From assembly GCA_965200315.1 (NCBI GenBank), contig OZ241362.1:2496001-2560000 (forward strand): a stretch of DNA of 64,000 bases. The letters run 5' to 3'. Below are positions 57,952-64,000 of this stretch, piece after piece (within the stretch, counting starts at the first letter, position 1; each line of letters opens with the position of its first letter). Source of the stretch: Candidatus Latescibacterota bacterium (GTDB lineage Bacteria; Latescibacterota; UBA2968; UBA8231). A model generated the notes under the pieces. That model ran no database searches. It was not told where the DNA came from and saw only the letters and a list, made by a program, of their open reading frames with translations. A program made the position numbers and the translations under genes.

Positions 57952-59325
57952 CTATCCGCTCTCCTTTACCGCGGCGACCAAATCCAACACAGCCTCCTTG
58001 GCGCTGCCAAAAAACATCAGCGCATTTTCCGCGGCAAAAAGCGGATTGGGCAGCCCGGCAAACCCCGGGCTCAGGCTCCGCTTAATCACCACCACCGTGC
58101 GCGCATTATCCACGTCGAGGATCGGCATCCCGGCAATCGGTCCGGAATCCGCGTCGCGGGCGAGGGGATTGACCACATCGTTGGCGCCGATAATCAGCGC
58201 CACATCGGTCTGCTGGAAGGTCGGGTTGGCCCGATCCATCTCCACTAGCTTGTCGTAGGGCACTTCGGCCTCGGCCAACAACACGTTCATGTGGCCCGGC
58301 ATCCGACCCGCCACCGGATGGATGGCGTATTCGACCGCGACGCCGCGCTCTTCGAGCAAGTTGGCCAAGTCCCGCACGGCGTGTTGCGCTTGGGCCACGG
58401 CCATGCCGTAGCCAGGGACCACCACCACGCGCCGGGCCGTGTCGAACAGCAGCGCAATTTCTTCAGCCGAGGTTGACTTGATCTTGCCGGCATAGACCTC
58501 GTCGTCGCTGGTTCCGCTTGCGACCTCGGCACCGACGCCGCCGAAGAACACATTGCCCAGCGAGCGATTCATGGCTCGGCACATGATTTGCGTCAAAATC
58601 AGCCCCGAGGCCCCCACCAGCGATCCCGCAATAATCAGCACGTTGTTGTCGAGCACAAAGCCAGTAGCGGCTGCCGCCAGCCCCGAACACGAATTGAGCA
58701 AGGCGATCACCACCGGCATATCGGCTCCGCCTATGGGCACCACGAGCAATAGGCCCAACAGCGAAGCCGCGCAGACCATGGCCCAGAAGGCGTTCGGCTC
58801 GCCCAACACCAACCAAGCACCCAAGCCCACACTGCCGAGGGCCAGCACCCCGTTGCCAAACTGCTGGCCGGGAAACCGGACCAAGCCCTTGAGAACTTCC
58901 ATCAGCTTGAGGAAGGCCACGATACTACCCCAGAAGGTCACCGCGCCGATGATTCCAGAGGCAGCCGTGGCAGCCGTGAATTGGTAGGAAGGAGCCTGCG
59001 CCTCAATCAGCGCCGCGCCAGCCACCAACGCGGAGGCACCGCCGCCCAAGCCGTTAAAAACCGCCACCAACTCGGGCATGGAGGTTAGGGGCGTTTTTAC
59101 CGCGAGGACCATGCCAACCAGCGCACCTACTACTGCACCGAGCAAAATGTATTCGCCGGAGAGAATCCGCTGGTCCAGCAAGGTGGCGACGACGGCCAAC
59201 AACATCCCCAAGGCCCCCAGCAAATTGCCGCGCACGGCCGTGCGTGGGTGCGTCAATCCCTTGAGGCCGAGAATGAAAAGGACCGAGGCGACCAAGTAGG
59301 CGAAGTTAATCAGGGTCGCGCCCAT
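57952..59325 (-). CDS. pntB: NAD(P) transhydrogenase subunit beta
   Basis: MPELVA.FNG.GG, GGADMPVVI, VPGYGMAVAQAQH, HPVAGRMPGHMNVLLAEA and GANDVVNP. Confidence 0.97.
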   Translation of the reverse strand: MGATLINFAYLVASVLFILGLKGLTHPRTAVRGNLLGALGMLLAVVATLLDQRILSGEYILLGAVVGALVGMVLAVKTPLTSMPELVAVFNGLGGGASALVAGAALIEAQAPSYQFTAATAASGIIGAVTFWGSIVAFLKLMEVLKGLVRFPGQQFGNGVLALGSVGLGAWLVLGEPNAFWAMVCAASLLGLLLVVPIGGADMPVVIALLNSCSGLAAAATGFVLDNNVLIIAGSLVGASGLILTQIMCRAMNRSLGNVFFGGVGAEVASGTSDDEVYAGKIKSTSAEEIALLFDTARRVVVVPGYGMAVAQAQHAVRDLANLLEERGVAVEYAIHPVAGRMPGHMNVLLAEAEVPYDKLVEMDRANPTFQQTDVALIIGANDVVNPLARDADSGPIAGMPILDVDNARTVVVIKRSLSPGFAGLPNPLFAAENALMFFGSAKEAVLDLVAAVKESG

Positions 59326-59328
59326 GCG

Positions 59329-59610
59329 CTAGTCCCGCCTCCTAAACATCCCCAACATGCGGTGCGTCACCATGAACCCACCCACCACGTTGATCGTAGC
59401 AAAGATGACAGCCGCCAACCCCAAATAGGTCGCCAAGGCCGAGTGTTCGGAACCGGCCGAGAGCAGCGCACCGATCAGGGCGATGCCCGAGATGGCGTTG
59501 GACCCGGACATCAGCGGCGTGTGCAGAGTCGGCGGGATCTTGGTGATGATTTCAAAGCCGACGAAGACGGCCAGTGCAAACACCGTCAGCGCGGCCACTA
59601 AGACATCCAC
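59329..59610 (-). CDS. pntA: NAD(P) transhydrogenase subunit alpha part 2
   Basis: PPTLHTPLMSGSNAISG and NVVGGFMVTHRML. Confidence 0.95.
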   Translation of the reverse strand: MDVLVAALTVFALAVFVGFEIITKIPPTLHTPLMSGSNAISGIALIGALLSAGSEHSALATYLGLAAVIFATINVVGGFMVTHRMLGMFRRRD

Positions 59611-60758
59611 TATACGATTCCTTTGCGAATGCGCGGATGGACGATCTCACCGTCGCGCAACACCAAGGTCTCGCGCGTGATTTCGTCTTCCATGTCGAAT
59701 TGTAACTCCCCTTCGCCCGCCAAGTGCCGGAAGAAGGTCGCTATATTGTGCGAGTACATTTGGCTGGCGTGGTACGGCACGGTCGCCGGCAGATTGAGCG
59801 GCCCCATGATCTGCACTCCGTCCTCTACGACGGTCTCCATAGGGCGCGTCAGCTCGCAGTTGCCACCGCGCTCAGCGGCCAAATCGACGATGACCGACCC
59901 CGGCCCCATGTTCTTCACGGCCTCAGCCGTAATCAGCAGGGGAGCAGGTTGTCCCGGTATGGCGGCCGTGGCGATGATCACGTCGCTCTGGCCAGCGACC
60001 TTGGCCAACTCCTCGCGCTGGCGGCGGTAGAACACCTCGTCTTGCGCCCGGGCATACCCACCCGCGTCCTCGGAATCGCCGGCGTCGATATCCAACTCCA
60101 CGAACTCGGCTCCGAGGCTCTCTACCTGTTCTTTGACTGCCGGCCGCACGTCGTACGCCCGGATGACCGCTCCTAGGCGACGGGCCGTGGCAATGGCCTG
60201 AAGACCGGCGACCCCAGCACCGACGACCAGCACCCGAGCTGGGGTCAACGTGCCAGCGGCTGTCATCAAGAGCGGAAACATGCGCGGCAGGGCCGCAGCG
60301 GCCAAAAGCACCGCTTTGTAGCCGGCGATCGTGGCCATAGACGAGAGCACATCCATGCTCTGGGCACGGGTAATGCGCGGAATCAGTTCCATGGCGAACA
60401 GAGTCGCTCCAGCACCGGCCAGCGCAGACAGCTCTGGACCAGCGGTCAGCGGGTCCGAAGCCCCGATGAGAACCTGACCAGAGCGGATCCGAGCCAAGTC
60501 AGCGCGGCCAGCTTCCGGGTTCGCGCCGAGAGTGCGCACCTGTAGCACTACGTCGGCGCACGCGAACACTTCGTCGCGGTTGGCAGCTATCTCAGCACCG
60601 CGCTCGGCATAGGCCGCATCGGCATAGCTAGCTGCGGCACCCGCGCCCGGTTCTATTAGGATATTCGCGTTGCAGGCCGACAACCCGGACACGGCCTCCG
60701 GGACCAAGGCGACCCGATGCTCACCAGCGAAGGTCTCTCGTGCGATACCAACGATCAT
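59610..60758 (-). CDS. pntA: NAD(P) transhydrogenase subunit alpha part 1
   Basis: GEHRVALVP, PRITRAQSMDVLSS, GAGVAGLQAIATA and DLAAERGGNC. Confidence 0.96.
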   Translation of the reverse strand: MIVGIARETFAGEHRVALVPEAVSGLSACNANILIEPGAGAAASYADAAYAERGAEIAANRDEVFACADVVLQVRTLGANPEAGRADLARIRSGQVLIGASDPLTAGPELSALAGAGATLFAMELIPRITRAQSMDVLSSMATIAGYKAVLLAAAALPRMFPLLMTAAGTLTPARVLVVGAGVAGLQAIATARRLGAVIRAYDVRPAVKEQVESLGAEFVELDIDAGDSEDAGGYARAQDEVFYRRQREELAKVAGQSDVIIATAAIPGQPAPLLITAEAVKNMGPGSVIVDLAAERGGNCELTRPMETVVEDGVQIMGPLNLPATVPYHASQMYSHNIATFFRHLAGEGELQFDMEDEITRETLVLRDGEIVHPRIRKGIV

Positions 60759-60761
60759 TTA

Positions 60762-61052
60762 TCAGTGGTGGGACACCAGCTTGTCGTGGTGTTTTTTGAG
60801 CTGGCTTTCGATTTTAGATTCGGCTTCGGCGAGGGCCTTGTAGAGATTGTCCTCTACCCCTGTGGCCGCAAACGTGCGCTGCGGCACCTTAACGATAATT
60901 TCCACTTTGTCGTCGTGTTTTTCCTTGTCGAGGACGACTTCGCAATCCACGATGCGGTCGAAGTAGTTTTCGAGTTTAGTACAAGAACTAGCAATGTGTG
61001 CTTTGGTTTCTTCTGAAATTTTGCCGTGGCGCGTACTGATTCTAGGCCGCAT
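60762..61052 (-). CDS. hpf: Ribosome hibernation promoting factor / RaiA
   Basis: ISTRH, KLENYFDRI and NLYKAL...KIESQLKKHHDK; short form of 96 aa. Confidence 0.88.
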   Translation of the reverse strand: MRPRISTRHGKISEETKAHIASSCTKLENYFDRIVDCEVVLDKEKHDDKVEIIVKVPQRTFAATGVEDNLYKALAEAESKIESQLKKHHDKLVSHH

Positions 61053-61098
61053 CTCCTAATCCTTTCTCTTTAGACAAAATTTAATCGCCGGCTCGCAT

Positions 61099-62382
61099 TT
61101 AGGACCGCTCAGCAAGGGGCTGATAGGTCCGCTGCACCGAGCCGGTGTAAATCTGGCGTGGACGGCTGATTTTAGTGGCCTTGCTCTCCTCGTACCAATG
61201 CGCGATCCAGCCCGGCATGCGGCCGATGGCGAAGATCACGGTGAACATCTCCTTGGGAATGCCGAGGGCGCGGAGAATGACGCCGCTGTAGAAATCCACG
61301 TTGGGATAGAGCTTGCGCTGGATGAAGTACTCGTCCCCAAGCGCCACCGCTTCCAGCTCTTTCGCTATGTCGAGCAGGGGGTCGTTGATGTGGAGCTTGG
61401 CCAGCACTTTCTCGCAGCTCTTTTTGATGATCTTGGCGCGCGGGTCAAAATTCTTGTACACCCGATGCCCGAACCCCATCAAGCGGATCCCAGCCTTCTT
61501 GTCCTTGACCTGAGTGACGTAATCATCAACCGAGATGTTTTCGTCGCGGATTTTCTCTAGCATGTTCACCACGGCCACATTGGCCCCACCGTGCAGCGGC
61601 CCCCACAGGGCGGAGACGCCCGCCGATACCGAGGCGAAGAGATTGGCCTCGCTGCTGCCGACCATCCTCACGGTAGAGGTGCTGCAATTCTGCTCGTGGT
61701 CGGCGTGGAGGAGGAAAATCAAATCCAGCGCGTCAACCAGCGCCGGGTCCGCATCAAACTCGTTGTACGGCTGGCTGAACATCATGTGCAGAAAATTCTC
61801 CGCGTACCGCTTCTTCGGGTGCGGGTACTCGATGTGATGGCCTAGCTGCTGGCGGTGGGAATAGGCGGCAATAGTGCGGACCTTGGACATGATGCGCGCG
61901 GCCGCTTCGGTGAAGGTCTCCTCGTCCTGAATTTCCAACAACTCGGGATAGTAGCAACTCAAGGCATTGAGCACCGAAGACAACACGGCCATCGGCGGCG
62001 AGTTGGGCGGAAAGAGGCTGAAGTGTTGCTTGAGCTCCTCGCGCAGCATCTGGTGCTTGGTCAGCAGCTCACTGAACTCGTCTAGTTGCGCGGCGTTGGG
62101 CAACTCGCCCCAGATCAGCAAATAGGCAACCTCGATGAAGCGGCTGTACTCGGCCAAATCCTCGATCGCGTAGCCTCGGTAGCGCAGGATGCCCGCATCG
62201 CCGTCGATAAAGGTGATATCGCTCCGGCAAGAGCCCGTATTGCCATAGCCAGGATCTAGGGAGATATACCCAGTCTCAGCACGCAATTTGGCAATATCGA
62301 GCGCCTTTTCGCCCTCGCTGCCGACGACGACGGGCAGCTCAACGCTCTGGTCCCCGGCCTGCAAGCGAGCAGTTTCCGCCAT
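61099..62382 (-). CDS. gltA: Citrate synthase (type II)
   Basis: ITFIDGDAGILRYRGY, LHADHEQNCSTS, GPLHGGAN, MGFGHRVYKNFDPRA and YPNVDFYSG. Confidence 0.97.
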   Translation of the reverse strand: MAETARLQAGDQSVELPVVVGSEGEKALDIAKLRAETGYISLDPGYGNTGSCRSDITFIDGDAGILRYRGYAIEDLAEYSRFIEVAYLLIWGELPNAAQLDEFSELLTKHQMLREELKQHFSLFPPNSPPMAVLSSVLNALSCYYPELLEIQDEETFTEAAARIMSKVRTIAAYSHRQQLGHHIEYPHPKKRYAENFLHMMFSQPYNEFDADPALVDALDLIFLLHADHEQNCSTSTVRMVGSSEANLFASVSAGVSALWGPLHGGANVAVVNMLEKIRDENISVDDYVTQVKDKKAGIRLMGFGHRVYKNFDPRAKIIKKSCEKVLAKLHINDPLLDIAKELEAVALGDEYFIQRKLYPNVDFYSGVILRALGIPKEMFTVIFAIGRMPGWIAHWYEESKATKISRPRQIYTGSVQRTYQPLAERS

Positions 62383-62556
62383 GTCTTGTTCTCCTTAATC
62401 AATGTAACTCAGTCGCCGAGGGCACTGAGTCGCACCCCCAGTGAGATAGATATGCCGTTTTAATTCAGATAGTAGGCCCTAAAATTTGCACTGTCAATTG
62501 TCGCCGATGCCTAGTAGTGGGTCGCTTTGCATTTCTTAGAAACGGTCTGAAAACCA

Positions 62557-62590
62557 CAGTGGATAGTGGTCAGTGGTCAGTGATCAGGCC
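62557..62590. repeat. Short heptamer tandem repeat (CAGTGGT-like)
   Basis: CAGTGGA-TAGTGGT-CAGTGGT-CAGTGAT-CAG; same unit as at 46275-46300. Confidence 0.55.
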
Positions 62591-62649
62591 GCACCCCAGC
62601 CCCCAAGGTACAGAAATATCAATAAAATAAATTAAATTAATTAACGTCA

Positions 62650-62870
62650 CCTCGTGCTCCGACACGAGGCAACAATTGGGTCGCCGCCCCTTGAGAGGAG
62701 AGGCACCAACCGCCGCTTTCTGGTGTCTCCTTGGGGTCGCGGGCGTCCTGTCCGCGACCCGCGGGGAGACCCTAATGCCGGGTACTTAGCAGGTGCCCAA
62801 AATTTTCAAAGGGACCCACTACTCGGCGCTTGCTGTAGGTGCTTGATACCCGTGAAAATTGGGTGGCGAC
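62650..62870 (+). ncRNA. Candidate structured non-coding RNA (unassigned; loosely 6S-like closing stem and bubble)
   Basis: Closing stem 62680-62689 / 62861-62870, inner stem AGGCACC/GGTGCTT and two apical hairpins. G-U pairs favour the + strand. AT-rich tract just upstream. Confidence 0.45.
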
Positions 62871-62879
62871 AACCCCTGA

Positions 62880-64000
62880 CTACTGGCGCGGAATCACCGG
62901 CAAGAGTACGTAAGACGGATGCGCACTGGAGTGTTGCACCGTCTGTTGCGCTCTGCGCATTTCGGTATCCGTGCCGAGGTCGTTGCCGGTGTTGTGGTTT
63001 CTGTCGAAGCGCGGGAAATTGGACGAGGACACTTCAATCCTGACCCTGTGCCCCTTCTTGAAGACATTGCCTGTAACGGCGAGATCAATCTCGTACTGGT
63101 ATGTTTGACCGGGCTGGAGCAACTTGGGTGCGGCGAAGCCCTCGCGATAGCGCGCCCGGACGATGCCATCGCAGAGATTCTTGGCGTATCCACTAATTGA
63201 CACGTCCACCAGCTTGGCGGTCCAGTCGGTATCTAGCCCGTCGGTAGCCGCGTATAGAACGACCCTGATCGGCCCCGTCACCTCGAGATCGGCTGCCAAA
63301 GGCTCGCTGGTGTAGCAAAGCACGTCGGACCTCATTTCCACATCGCGCTGGTCGTACGGCCCCCAAGGCACAATGTGGGGCGAGCAACAGTTGTTTCCGC
63401 CCACAGTCTGCACGGGAAAATCGGGATCGTACACAAAGTGATCCGCCGGCTCTTCACCCGGCTCCTCCGGCGCTAGACGACCGTCGCCCAACAGCGTGTT
63501 GGCGTTGCCAGACGAGTGTAGATACCACTTTTGCCAGTCGGTTCTAGCCAGTGGCCATTCGCGCTCGTCTCTCCATTCATTGACGCCCATGATGAAGAGC
63601 CTAAGCGGGGCCTCGCCGACGATGCCGTTGTCGAGGCCCTTCAGCCAATAATCAAACCAACGCAACTCCAACGCCTCCAAGTCGTACAGCGAGTTCGCCC
63701 CGAAGTCGATGTCGCCGGTCTTGGTAGAAACACTGAGCGCGTGCGGCCAAGGACCGACGATGAGCTGACTTTGCCTAGCCTCGGGCGTCCGCCCGTGCAG
63801 CCTTAGACCGTTGAAGTTGATAAAGGTGTTGTGAGAGTAGAGGTCGTACCAGCCTCCCATTATCAGGGCCGGGGCCGCGATTTCGCCCCACTTGTTTTCG
63901 ACGTTGACCGAGTCCCAGTAGGAATCGTATTCGGTGTGCGTTACCCAATCCCGCCAAAACTGTAGGGTGCGGCCCGCTTGTTGATCCATGTCGATGAGTG
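62880..64000 (-). CDS. CocE/NonD family hydrolase (Xaa-Pro dipeptidyl-peptidase-like), 5'-truncated by window edge
   Basis: MGGWYD, IVGPWPH, RWFDYWLKG, RSDVLCYTS and SSSNFPRFDRN. Confidence 0.92.
   Translation of the reverse strand, partial: LIDMDQQAGRTLQFWRDWVTHTEYDSYWDSVNVENKWGEIAAPALIMGGWYDLYSHNTFINFNGLRLHGRTPEARQSQLIVGPWPHALSVSTKTGDIDFGANSLYDLEALELRWFDYWLKGLDNGIVGEAPLRLFIMGVNEWRDEREWPLARTDWQKWYLHSSGNANTLLGDGRLAPEEPGEEPADHFVYDPDFPVQTVGGNNCCSPHIVPWGPYDQRDVEMRSDVLCYTSEPLAADLEVTGPIRVVLYAATDGLDTDWTAKLVDVSISGYAKNLCDGIVRARYREGFAAPKLLQPGQTYQYEIDLAVTGNVFKKGHRVRIEVSSSNFPRFDRNHNTGNDLGTDTEMRRAQQTVQHSSAHPSYVLLPVIPRQ

Noticed and set aside
62407-62440. TPP riboswitch upstream of gltA (GGGGTGC...CTGAG on the minus strand)
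   Set aside because: The downstream ATACCC/ACCTGA/GCGxAGG elements are missing; it is a simple ACTCAGT/ACTGAGT hairpin before the RBS.
46261-62600. CRISPR array from short repeated intergenic motifs
   Set aside because: Repeats are 7-mers or isolated hairpins without regular unique spacers, and no cas genes are present.

Overview
GC-rich bacterial chromosomal segment. The FlgD-Ig/T9SS-type C-terminal sorting domains, Gld-like ABC genes and many sulfatase, amidohydrolase and Gfo/Idh/MocA enzymes suggest an FCB-group organism such as Latescibacterota (inference only). The backbone carries catabolic enzymes, aroG, a GldA/F/G-like ABC cluster, three tandem giant Ig/Calx-beta-like secreted proteins, gltBD with a divergent regulator, a three-gene pnt transhydrogenase, hpf and gltA. 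Accessory features: (1) an integrase-free two-gene cassette (a small putative nuclease toxin plus an ImmA/IrrE-like protein lacking HExxH) bracketed by a 316-bp direct duplication of a host gene 3' end, which is the best candidate for a new system; (2) a three-gene island (TIGR04255-like, wHTH-like, frameshifted NDT/TIR-like) beside a relE pseudogene split by a hairpin insertion; (3) several broken toxin-antitoxin loci and deletion-fused pseudogenes; (4) two structured intergenic RNA candidates, one upstream of aroG and one ~200-nt element next to gltA. No rRNA, tRNA, CRISPR array, integrase, transposase or reverse transcriptase was recognised. Family assignments come from motif recognition by eye; no searches were run.
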